From: Eledone cirrhosa
Taxonomy: Eukaryota
Length of the DNA: 64,000 nucleotides
Assembly: GCA_964016885.1 (NCBI GenBank)
Contig: OZ024744.1
Location: forward strand, 109,244,001-109,308,000
Reading direction: 5' to 3'
Shown: positions 54,610-64,000 of the stretch, piece after piece
Layout: each line of letters begins with the position of its first letter
Position numbering within the stretch: position 1 is the first letter of the stretch
Notes under the pieces: generated by a model
Databases searched by the model: none
The model's input: only the letters and a program-made list of their open reading frames with translations
Told to the model about the DNA's origin: nothing
Position numbers and translations under genes: made by a program

Positions 54610-57600
54610 ATGACCTCACTCAGAATAGGCAGCATAAATGCGCGTGGCTTGGGGTCGTCACGGAAGCAGGGTCACCTGCTCAACGACCTCAGGTCACTAA
54701 ACATAGATGTAGTGCCCATCAGTGAGACCAGAATCTCCGAAGCACGGGCCTTCGCACCGATCTTCGGCGGCTACGATGTGTACGCATCTCCCAGCCGTCC
54801 TGGATCCGGTGGAGGAGTTGCTGTGCTTTTTCGGAGAGGTTTGGATCTCGCCATACGGGCCATCTTCCTGGACCCAGAGGGTAAGCTGGTGGTGCTGGAC
54901 GTGACCAGCGGAGACGGGCAAGCTTTCAGGCTAGTGGCCGTCTATGCCCCGACAGGAGCAGGGCGGCCTGATTTCTTCCGGCGTCTGGAGACCTTTCTTG
55001 GAACGTCCCGCTCTTTAGTGTTAGTGGGCGACTGGAACGGGATCTTAGATGCACGCTGGGACTGTGTGGGATTAGCGGATAGGGGTGGAGGGTGCAAGAG
55101 CCTCACCAACCTGCTCAGGCGTTTTGAACTGTCTGACAGGTACCGATTGGATTTCCCGAATGTGCCAATGTGGACTTAGACAAACCGCATAGGGTCATCC
55201 AGATCATATCTAGATAGAGTATTTTGTAGGGAAATAGATAGGTCTAGCATAGGCTGTCCACAATTCAAGATAGTCAGCTACACGGACCACAAATTCGTGA
55301 TCTGTGTGCTTGACTTAGATAGGCTTCATAGACGAGGACCCGGCTACTGGAAGCTAAACGCGTCCTTACCAGCGCGCAAGGCCTACAGAGACCGGATTAG
55401 CGAACTAGTTAAGCGGGCGTTGACGGGGGCCATCGTCAACAACAAGTGGTGGTTTGCTCTGAAAAGAGCGATTAGAATAGAATCGATTAGGTTTAGTAAG
55501 GCTTTAGCAATAGAGAAAAATAGAGCAGAGGGAGAACTAGTTAGAAAATTAGACGAGGCGCTTAGCAAAGGCATTGCGACCGACGTGCTTGCGGCGAAAT
55601 TGGCCCTTGACCAATTCTTCAATGCAAAGCACGAAGGCTGCGTTGTCAGAGCAAGGGTGCGTGCTCTCAGACACGAGGGGACGAAAGCCGTTCAATGGGC
55701 CCGAGTGGCGGAGGCGCGTCGTGGCAACAAAGCCACGATCCGGTCTTTGGTGGACCACGACGGGCGCATGCTACTCGATCCCGGGCAAATATGTGAAGCT
55801 TTTCAGCGACACTTCGCTCAGCTGTTCGGGGGCAGCGGTGGGCCGGGTAGAGGGATGGACTTTAGTGTCTACCTCGACGGACTGCCGCGGCTCTCGGCCA
55901 CTGAGGCGAAGTGTTGCGAAAAGCCGATAACAGCCGCTGAAGTAAGGGAGGCAATGACTGGCTGCACAAGGGGTAAATCGCCTGGTTTGGATGGTCTGCC
56001 CTATGAACTTTACGTACAGATGCCAGACTTGTTCGGAGGCCTCTTGGTGGACGTCTACTGCAACTGGCAACAGAACGGGAGAATTCCCAGTTCTGTGAGC
56101 CGAGGAGCGGTGGCACTGCTGAGAAAGGATCCGAACAAGGGGGATAACATAGATAATTTCCGGCCCATAACTCTGCTAAACACAGAGTTCAAGATGTTGG
56201 CCAAGGTGCTAGCAAAGAGGTTGGCGCTTGTCGTTGGTGGTCTGGTGGGAGAGGCGCAGACATGCGCCATTCCCGACAGATCCATCCACGACAACCTCCA
56301 CCTCATGCGATACATCATAGAGAGGGTAGCTAAGGAACCTGGCACGGGTGGGTCCTTGATCAATTTAGATCAGTCGAAAGCTTTCGATAGGGTCGACCAT
56401 CGTTACCTAGCGGCAGTCCTGAGGGCGGCTGGCTTTGGGCCCGTCTTCAGAGGCTGGATCGCTGCCATGCACAGCGACATCTGGTCTGTGGTGAGAGTGA
56501 ACGGTCACCTGTCGGAACCGTTCAACATCATGCGCTCGGTCCGCCAAGGATGTCCCCTCTCGTCCCTCTTGTACGTATTGACTCTCGAGCCATTACTGCA
56601 CAAACTGGAGACGTTGAGGGGAGTCCCGCGCGAACTAGGATGCGGAAGATCCGTGCCAGCATATGCGGACGATGTCACCGTAGTGGTGTCGAACGCCAAA
56701 CACATCGAGGCGATCGGCACTACACTAAGAGAATACGAAGCGGTGACAGGAGCAATGATCAACCAGGAAAAGTCAGTGGGCCTGCAGCTCGGCACCTGGA
56801 GAGGCAGGTCCATGCCGTCCAACAGCGTCGTCGGGCGCTGGAGAGCGGACCGGTTAAATTGCTAGGGGTCTGGTTCGATCCGGACCTCCAGACGGACAAA
56901 AACTGGGACGAGGTGACGAGCAGGGTGGCTTCTCTCACCCAGAAATGGGCGGAGAGGAAGCTATCCCTGAAAGGTCGAGCGGAGGTGGCTAACGCGTACA
57001 TCGCGTCTGTCATCTGCTACCGCCTGACCGTCGTACCTTGTCCTAAGCCTCGCCTGACTGCGCTGGAGCGTTTGCTCTTTCGCTTTTTGTGGAAGGGACG
57101 TGCTCCGATGGTCAGGCAGTCCATCTGTTGTCAACACCCGCTACGTGGAGGGATGGGCATGCCGTGGCTGATGATGCGCAGGCACGCGCTCAGGCTACGA
57201 CATCTCCACCTCTCCCTCGACGGTGATCAGGTGTGGTCGCCGTTTGCTAGACGCGTATTTCCCCAGCTCGTTTCCTTGACGGAGCTGCAGTCCTGGGTCA
57301 AGCGAAGACCGAGAGGGAGCGCCTGGAGACTGGAATGTCTTCAGGCGCTCACAGCCCTCGACCAATCGGGCAATGTGATCGGTGGAAACTCCACCTCGGC
57401 GTTCTATAGAGGATTAGTGGAGGGGAAGAGCGACGACGTACTTGGGGAAACTCTAGGCGTCGACGAAAATCAACTAGCCAATCTCTTCGGAAGAACTTTC
57501 GGGCCGGGGCCTATGGACAACTTCCAGAAATCTCTGGGCCTGGCAGTGCTACCGAGGAGCCTTGCCAGTTCGGGATAAACTCTACAGGCATGGAGGTGCC

Positions 57601-58029
57601 GTCAGCCGGGCATGTCCGAGATGCGCGCAGGGCGACGAAACCGTCCTGCACGCACTCGTCCAGTGTCCGAAAATTGATGACTTGTGGGTTTATGTCGAAC
57701 ACCTGCTGTCGCGTTTATGACGGATCCGGCTATCATCTGAGTCCATCGTGAGGATTGCCCCGCCCTCCTCCTTTAGCCGGGAAGGGCAGGCAGTTTTTAT
57801 CTGTCTGGTGGCCATGGCGAAAGAGATAGTATGGTGGACACGTTTGAAAGGGCTGAAGACGAGCACTTACCTCTTCGGTGATGCTCTGATTGACTTTTTC
57901 AAATTTCATTTGAAAAGGAAAATCAGAGTAGAGAGGGAAGTGCTCTCTTCCCAGCATTTTGTTGAAAGATGGGTGAGAGAAGCAAGAATGGCCCGAGTGA
58001 ATGGGCCTACTCTGAGTATATATCTGTAA
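54610..58029 (+). pseudogene. Tx1 ORF2 (APE endonuclease, reverse transcriptase, C-terminal CCHC), disrupted
   Basis: GSINARG, SETR, VYAP, GDWNG, PGLDG, FRPITLLN, DQSKAFDRV, RQGCPLS, AYADD, CPRCAQGDETVLHALVQC. Stops at 55177-55179 and 57718-57720; frameshifts near 56840 and 57540. Confidence 0.95.
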
Positions 58030-58292
58030 ATTAAAGGTGGAAAACTGGGAGAGGGCACTTGCCTTGGTGGTCAGGGTCATTGTGGCTTTTTGCTGGGCTT
58101 TCTACACAAATGTCCCTCCGAAGTCGCCCCCCTATTGGGGAATTTTTCATTGTTATTTTTTGTTACATCCTCTGTTTTTGTTTTTTACACGCAGAAATGC
58201 CCATTTGTACCGTCCTGCATTGTCCTGCACTGTCCTTAATGTCTACTTTATGTAAACCCTTGTGGTTAATAAAGAAATCATTATTATTATTA

Positions 58293-58334
<42 letters not shown>

Positions 58335-58335
<1 letters not shown>

Positions 58336-61300
58336 AGTTGCATTTATCTTGCTTTATGTTCATACGAGTTATCACCAAGTCACAACCAGTGACCTCAAGA
58401 GACAACAAGGTCCGCCATGTTCAAGAAAGAACATACATACTCACACATGCATCTTTAGTGTTTAGACTTTTGATGTACTTATATTGACAGAATCTTCCTT
58501 AGTATATGGGCAGTTCGCATTAGTACTATCTTTTGTATTTCTCCTATACGTGGGCTTCCTGGGATTTGCGATAAGTAATCATTAGACCACTTAGGTATCA
58601 TTCCCAGAGCGCCTACAACCAATTCTTTTGATGGGGCAGGTCAAAATGCTTACACATTATCCAATGTATGTATTGTGCAGCTCTGTCATGCCTGTTTAGG
58701 TATTCGGTTGGAGCTATAGGACTGCGCATTGAAATTATATGGTCAATGGTCTCTGGTTGTTTTTTGCATACACGGCATAATGGGCTGCATCCATTTTTTA
58801 TTATGTTGGCTTGGTGATTTCAGTCCAGAGGATGCCAAACACTGATGGGTTAAAGTTTTGTCAACATCAGGATTGTTAGCGCGCTCTGGGTATTTTCCAT
58901 ACAGAGGCTTTTCTTGCCATTTCTTAGCCAGTTTCTGTAGCAGTTCTTTCTTTGCAGTTACTTTTACCTGCTTTGCTTTTTCTGTGTTTTCCATTTCAGC
59001 AGTAAATGGGTCGTCTGAAATTTGTAGTCCATTACTGTATCTTTGTGCATCTTTTGTAATGGAATATGATCTTTTGATGCTTTCGTGTTTCAAAACGAGT
59101 TTGATCATCCAATCATGTGATTCCCTTAGATATGTAGATAATCCAATTGTTGCAGTTTTCAACGCAATGTCTAACTGGATTAACCCACGTCCTCCTTCTT
59201 TCCTAGGGAGATATATTCTATCTATATCTGCCTTAGGGTGATGCGTTCTGTGCATGGTTAAGAATTTTCGAATTTTTGTATCGAGCCTACGGATCTCTGT
59301 GCTTGACCAGTTGATGACATTGTAACTATAGGTTACTACTGGTATGGCAAGCGTGTTTATGGCATCGATCCTATTCCTTGCATTCAATTCCGTTCTTAAG
59401 ATTGCTCTTACTCTGCGGTAACATTCCTTCCTTATCCTTTCCTTCATTGTCGAGTGATTGATTCCGTCTCCTTCACAAACACCTAGATATTTGTAAGTTT
59501 TTTCTTGATCAAGTTCTCTTATCACGTTCCCCCGATCAAGATTAATGTCTGAACTCTTCAGCAGCTTTCCTCTGGTGAATGTTGCTTTGGCGCATTTATC
59601 TAGTCCAAACTCCATTTTAATGTCATCACTGAACTGCTCCACAGTGGATAATAGCCCTTGCAATTGTTCATCATTTTTTGCAAATAGTTTCAGGTCATCC
59701 ATGTAGAACAAGTGATTAATGGTTTTGTCATAGACTTTATATCCATGCTTTGTTTCATTGAGCATTTTACTTAATGATATAAGTGCGATGCAGAATAAAA
59801 GCGGTGATAAAGAGTCACCCTGAAAAATTCCACAATTAATATTAACTTCTCCAGCTTCCAGTGATTTTGTTTCACTATTCAAAGGGAGTGTCGTTCTCCA
59901 TGTCTTCATACTGAATGACAAAAACCTCCTGACAACGGGGGATATTTTGAAAATCTCTAAACATTTTTCAATCCAACTGTGTGGCAAACTATCGAATGCT
60001 TTTTTATAATCTATCCAAGCAATCGATAGATTTTTGTGTCTATTATGACAATCTTCCAGTATCATTTTGTTAACCAGAAGCTTATCCTTACAGCCATATG
60101 AGCCTCGTTTACACCCTTTCTGCTCAATGGGAAATAGGTCATTTGTTTTCAGGTGGTCATATGTGTATTCAGTTAGGACTGATGTTAAAATTTTATACAT
60201 TGTGGTCAAGCAAGTTAACGGTCTGAAATTTTTGGGATTGTTTGTCTCATCATTCTTCGGAAGCAGGAATGTAATGCAGCTAACTAGCCATGATGGTATC
60301 TTTTCTGGCTCCTTAACTATTTCATTGTAAAGTTGGGCTAACAGCTCATGAGACTCTGTGAAGGCATTTATCCAAAAGTTTTGTATTTTGTCTTTTCCTG
60401 GGGATTTCCATTTGCTAGTTTTTCTTAGAGCCAAGCGCAACTGTTCAACTGTTATATTCTCCCATATTTGTTCCTCAAGGTGAGCTGTATCTTTCATTTG
60501 TCTGTCTATCCATAGGGCATGTATGTTATGAACTTTTTCTTCGGCCCAGATCTTTTCCCAGAATTCTTGCACTTCCTCCTTGGGTGGTATTGATTTAGCA
60601 GTTATTGTTGACTTACCAATTTTTCTGTAGGAGTTTCTTTGGTTGTTTTTGAACATATTATTGTCCTTATAGAATCTAGATCGTTTTTCAAAGCGCCTTA
60701 TACGAGCAGCTTTGGCCGACACTTTTTGCTTGATTATTTCTATCAGCATGTCTATGTCACTTGTTGATTTTATACTGTACTTTTTGTTCAATTTTCTAAG
60801 TTTAGTTTGTTTAACATGTTCACCTACTTTATAGTTTGTTAACATTTCTATGTCAGATCGGAGAAGGTTTATTTGGCGATTGATGTTATCTTGCCAAGTA
60901 GATTTCTTGTGGGAATTCCTTTGTTTTTTCATCTTCACTCCACATAAGTGAGTGGTGACTTTAGCCGATGCATAATAGAGATGATTTAAATCAGTAATGT
61001 TTAGTTTATTTGTGATGATAATGTTTTTGAGAATTATGTTAGTCTTGTGTATTATCTTTTGGTTCTGTTTGGAGTTCTGGATCTTAGGGAGGGTGTCTCG
61101 TTGCCCCATGTCAGATTCTTTCATTTTCATCCATTCGATCATAATTTCATCCTTCAAGTTGGCAAGTTCATTCTCATTCATTTCTTTATCATTTACGATC
61201 TCATTATTTTCATTTGGAGTTTCATCTTGAGCATGCACTCCCTCCACTTTTTCGATCCTTTCTTTAATTTGTTCTGTTGCCAGTGATTCCGCCCCAACCC

Positions 61301-61912
61301 TGGGATTCGAAGTGTTACAATTTACCTCGTTTTCACTGACACATGTTTCATTTTCCCTTCGCTGACTTTGTGCTAATAGCTTGATCTGATCAATTTCTAT
61401 ATCAGTTAGTAACATTTTTCTTACAATATTTCTTCGTATATTGGCTAGTTTGTTACTGTCAATATAGCCTCTGTTTTCGGGATATTTCTTTTTCCAGTTG
61501 ATATATGTCTGTTCTGTATTCGATGTATTTGATGGGTAGTACATGGCAGTGTAGAAAGCCTCAAGGACTTCTTTATTATCTTCCCTTGACCATTTTTCTC
61601 TCTTTTTCTTTGGATTTCTTGGTGGTGAGCATGGAGGGCCAACAGTAGGAGTATTCCGGTTATGGCAGGTCTCCAGCTCCGAAGTGATGGGAAGGTTTGA
61701 ACCGTTAGCTGATTTTTCGACCCCAGTCTGGTTCCTCTCTGAGGGACGCGGCCCTTTTTTACCCGGGTGACGGCCGATCCGGTATGAGATTTTATCATTA
61801 GACATTTACTTTATTTTGTCGTGTTTTATCCTTATCCGCCAAGGGGTAATCATTTCGTGTTACCACTTCTAGAACCAAGACTAGAGGGGTCGTTCTCCCC
61901 TAGAGACACGGC
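58335..61912 (-). mobile_element. R4/Dong-type non-LTR retrotransposon, copy 1 (both ends present, two deletions)
   Basis: 107-nt 5' UTR directly after (TAA)n, single ORF, 3' UTR ending in (TAA)n. Relative to copy 2 it lacks 56 bp (at about 58815) and 268 bp (at about 58620). Confidence 0.95.
58743..61805 (-). CDS. R4/Dong polyprotein (N-terminal DNA-binding-like region + RT), truncated before the endonuclease
   Basis: REKWSREDN..W..KYP..KLANIRRNI, KSPGKD, FRPLTCL, QKGCKRGSYGCKD, WIDYKKAFDSLPH, GIFQGDSLSPLLF, HLFYMDDLKLF, HPKADIDRIYLPRKEGGRGL. Frame lost after GLKS. Confidence 0.9.
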   Translation of the reverse strand: MSNDKISYRIGRHPGKKGPRPSERNQTGVEKSANGSNLPITSELETCHNRNTPTVGPPCSPPRNPKKKREKWSREDNKEVLEAFYTAMYYPSNTSNTEQTYINWKKKYPENRGYIDSNKLANIRRNIVRKMLLTDIEIDQIKLLAQSQRRENETCVSENEVNCNTSNPRVGAESLATEQIKERIEKVEGVHAQDETPNENNEIVNDKEMNENELANLKDEIMIEWMKMKESDMGQRDTLPKIQNSKQNQKIIHKTNIILKNIIITNKLNITDLNHLYYASAKVTTHLCGVKMKKQRNSHKKSTWQDNINRQINLLRSDIEMLTNYKVGEHVKQTKLRKLNKKYSIKSTSDIDMLIEIIKQKVSAKAARIRRFEKRSRFYKDNNMFKNNQRNSYRKIGKSTITAKSIPPKEEVQEFWEKIWAEEKVHNIHALWIDRQMKDTAHLEEQIWENITVEQLRLALRKTSKWKSPGKDKIQNFWINAFTESHELLAQLYNEIVKEPEKIPSWLVSCITFLLPKNDETNNPKNFRPLTCLTTMYKILTSVLTEYTYDHLKTNDLFPIEQKGCKRGSYGCKDKLLVNKMILEDCHNRHKNLSIAWIDYKKAFDSLPHSWIEKCLEIFKISPVVRRFLSFSMKTWRTTLPLNSETKSLEAGEVNINCGIFQGDSLSPLLFCIALISLSKMLNETKHGYKVYDKTINHLFYMDDLKLFAKNDEQLQGLLSTVEQFSDDIKMEFGLDKCAKATFTRGKLLKSSDINLDRGNVIRELDQEKTYKYLGVCEGDGINHSTMKERIRKECYRRVRAILRTELNARNRIDAINTLAIPVVTYSYNVINWSSTEIRRLDTKIRKFLTMHRTHHPKADIDRIYLPRKEGGRGLIQLDIALKTATIGLSTYLRESHDWMIKLVLKHESIKRSYSITKDAQRYSNGLQISDDPFTAEMENTEKAKQVKVTAKKELLQKLAKKWQEKPLYGKYPERANNPDVDKTLTHQCLASSGLKSPSQHNKKWMQPIMPCMQKTTRDH

Positions 61913-61937
61913 TATTATTATTATTATTATTATTATT

Positions 61938-64000
61938 TGCATTTATCTTGCTTTATGTTCATACGAGTTATCACCAAGTCACAACCAGTGACCTCAAGAG
62001 ACAACAAGGTCCGCCATGTTCAAGAAAGAACATACATATTCACACATGCATCCTTAGTGTTTAGACTTGTGGTGTACTTATATTGACAGGATCTTCCTTA
62101 GTATATGGGCAGTTCCCATTAGTACTATCTTTTGTATTTCTCCTATACGCGGGTTTCCTGGGATTTGCGATAAGTAATCATAGACCCCTTAGGTATCATT
62201 CCCAGAGCGCCTACAACCACTGGTATTGTTTTAGTTCTCAATTTCCACATTTTTCCAATTTCTATCTCCAGGTCCTTATACTTGCTCAATTTTTCAAATG
62301 TTTTTATAGATACATTCTTGTCTATTGGAACAGACATATCAATTAGCAGGCATACCCTCCTTTGAAAGTCCTTCAATATTATATCAGGTCTATTTGCATT
62401 TATTTTTCGGTCTGTTTGGATGCTAAAGTTCCACAAGATTGAGATGTGATCTTTTTCAAGTATGGGAGGTGGTTGATGCTCCCACCAATTCTTTTGATGG
62501 GGCAGGTCAAAATGCTTACACATTATCCAATGTATGTATTGTGCAGCTCTGTCATGCCTGTTTAGGTATTCGGTTGGAGCTATAGGACTGCACATTGAAA
62601 TTATATGGTCAATGGTCTCTGGTTGTTTTTTGCATACACGGCATAATGGGCTGCACCCATTTTTTATTATGTTGGCTTGGTAATTTTTTGTTGGCAGACA
62701 CTGATCTTGTGCCGATATAATCAGTCCTTCAGTCTCCGATTTCAGTCCAGAGGATGCCAACCACTGATGGGTTAAAGTTTTGTCAACATCAGGATTGTTA
62801 GTTCGCTCTGGGTATTTTCCATACAGAGGCTTTTCTTGCCATTTCTTAGCCAGTTTCTGTAGCAGTTCTTTCTTTGCAGTTACTTTTACCTGCTTTGCTT
62901 TTTCTGTGTTTTCCATTTCAGCAGTAAATGGGACTTCTGAAATTTGTAGTCCATTACTGTATCTTTGTGCATCTTTTGTAATGGAATATGATCTTTTGGT
63001 GCTTTCGTGTTTCAAAACGAGTTTGATCATCCAATCATGTGATTCCCTTAGATATGTGGATAATCCAATTGTTGCAGTTTTCAACGCAATGTCTAACTGG
63101 ATTAACCCACGTCCTCCTTCTTTCCTAGGGAGATATATTCTATCTATGTCTGCCTTAGGGTGATGCATTCTGTGCATGGTTAAGAATTTTCGGATTTTTG
63201 TATCGAGCCTACGGATCTCTGTGCTTGACCAGTTGATGACATTGTAACTGTAGGTTACTACTGGTATGGCAAGCGTGTTTATGGCATCGATCCTATTCCT
63301 TGCATTCAATTCCGTTCTTAAGATTGCTCTGACTCTGCGGTAACATTCCTTCCTTATCCTTTCCCTCATTGTCGAGTGCTTGATTCCGTCTCCTTCACAA
63401 ACACCTAGATATTTGTAAGTTTTTTCTTGATCAAGCTCTCTTATCACGATCCCCCGATCAAGATTATTGTCTGAACTCTTCAGCAGCTTTCCTCTGGTGA
63501 ACGTTGCTTTGGCGCATTTATCCAGTCCAAACTCCATCTTAATGTCATCACTGAACTGCTTCACAGTGGATAATAGCCCTTGCAATTGTTCATCATTTTT
63601 TGCAAATAGTTTCAGGTCATCCATGTAGAACAGGTGATTAATAGTTTTGTCATAGACTCTATATCCATGTTTTGTTTCATTGAGCATTTTACTTAATGGT
63701 ATAAGTGCGATGCAGAATAAAAGCGGTGATAAAGAGTCACCCTGAAAAATTCCACAATTAATGTTAACTTCTCCAGCTTCCAGTGATTTTGTTTCACTAT
63801 TCAAAAGGAGTGTCGTTCTCCATGTCCTCATACTGAATGACAAAAACCTCCTGACAACGGGGGATATTTTGAAAATCTCTAAACATTTTTCAATCCAACT
63901 GTGTGGCAAACTATCGAATGCTTTTTTATAATCTATCCAAGCAATCGATAGATTTTTGTGTCTATTATGACAATCTTCCAGTATCATTTTGTTAACCAGA
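61938..64000 (-). mobile_element. R4/Dong-type retrotransposon, copy 2 (runs off the right edge)
   Basis: Closely similar to copy 1; its 3' UTR and 25-nt TAA tract abut the 5' end of copy 1. Confidence 0.95.
62143..63987 (-). CDS. R4/Dong polyprotein C-half: RT, CCHC knuckle, restriction-like endonuclease (partial)
   Basis: YMDD RT, CRVCKKQPETIDHIISMC, RHD, NRPDIILKD..LLIDMSVP..KLSKY. A 1-bp deletion near 62182 shifts the conserved tail (GTAHILRKILSI) out of frame. Confidence 0.9.
   Translation of the reverse strand: MILEDCHNRHKNLSIAWIDYKKAFDSLPHSWIEKCLEIFKISPVVRRFLSFSMRTWRTTLLLNSETKSLEAGEVNINCGIFQGDSLSPLLFCIALIPLSKMLNETKHGYRVYDKTINHLFYMDDLKLFAKNDEQLQGLLSTVKQFSDDIKMEFGLDKCAKATFTRGKLLKSSDNNLDRGIVIRELDQEKTYKYLGVCEGDGIKHSTMRERIRKECYRRVRAILRTELNARNRIDAINTLAIPVVTYSYNVINWSSTEIRRLDTKIRKFLTMHRMHHPKADIDRIYLPRKEGGRGLIQLDIALKTATIGLSTYLRESHDWMIKLVLKHESTKRSYSITKDAQRYSNGLQISEVPFTAEMENTEKAKQVKVTAKKELLQKLAKKWQEKPLYGKYPERTNNPDVDKTLTHQWLASSGLKSETEGLIISAQDQCLPTKNYQANIIKNGCSPLCRVCKKQPETIDHIISMCSPIAPTEYLNRHDRAAQYIHWIMCKHFDLPHQKNWWEHQPPPILEKDHISILWNFSIQTDRKINANRPDIILKDFQRRVCLLIDMSVPIDKNVSIKTFEKLSKYKDLEIEIGKMWKLRTKTIPVVVGALGMIPKGSMITYRKSQETRV

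Larger units (their letters stand above)
52261..58279 (+). mobile_element. Full-length Tx1-clade LINE (about 6.0 kb)
   Basis: 5' UTR, ORF1, 35-nt spacer, ORF2 (APE-RT-CCHC) and 3' UTR ending TTAATAAAGAAATC, between (TTA)n tracts. Confidence 0.96.

Noticed and set aside
61806-61912. HDV-like ribozyme in the Dong 5' UTR
   Set aside because: Several short hairpins are present but I could not build the nested double pseudoknot by eye; a descriptor search would settle it.

Overview
Eukaryotic, repeat-saturated DNA with no recognisable host gene. The SINEs resemble, from memory, those of Octopus, so a cephalopod source is inferred but not proven. Bases 1-~30,480 are one array of roughly 400 copies of a 75-bp hairpin-rich satellite with variable 2.1-3.3 kb higher-order duplications; its many ORFs are artefacts of a 25-codon unit. 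Bases ~30,700-64,000 are nested retroelements and microsatellites: tRNA-derived SINEs, four R4/Dong-type (RT + restriction-like endonuclease) copies including a head-to-tail pair in (TAA)n, several Tx1-clade LINEs (one full length) mostly at (TTA)n, RTE-clade pieces and a probable non-autonomous Helitron. Best observations: (1) three unrelated type I hammerhead ribozymes (40302-40400 minus, 48758-48891 plus, 49688-49814 plus) in short non-coding inserts within (TA)n tracts, two with retrozyme/Penelope-like partial-tandem structure and one with a U3-A8 core; (2) a direct repeat of at least 123 bp flanking the full-length Tx1 that looks like a very long target-site duplication. All pairings and coordinates were read by eye; boundaries of old elements are approximate.
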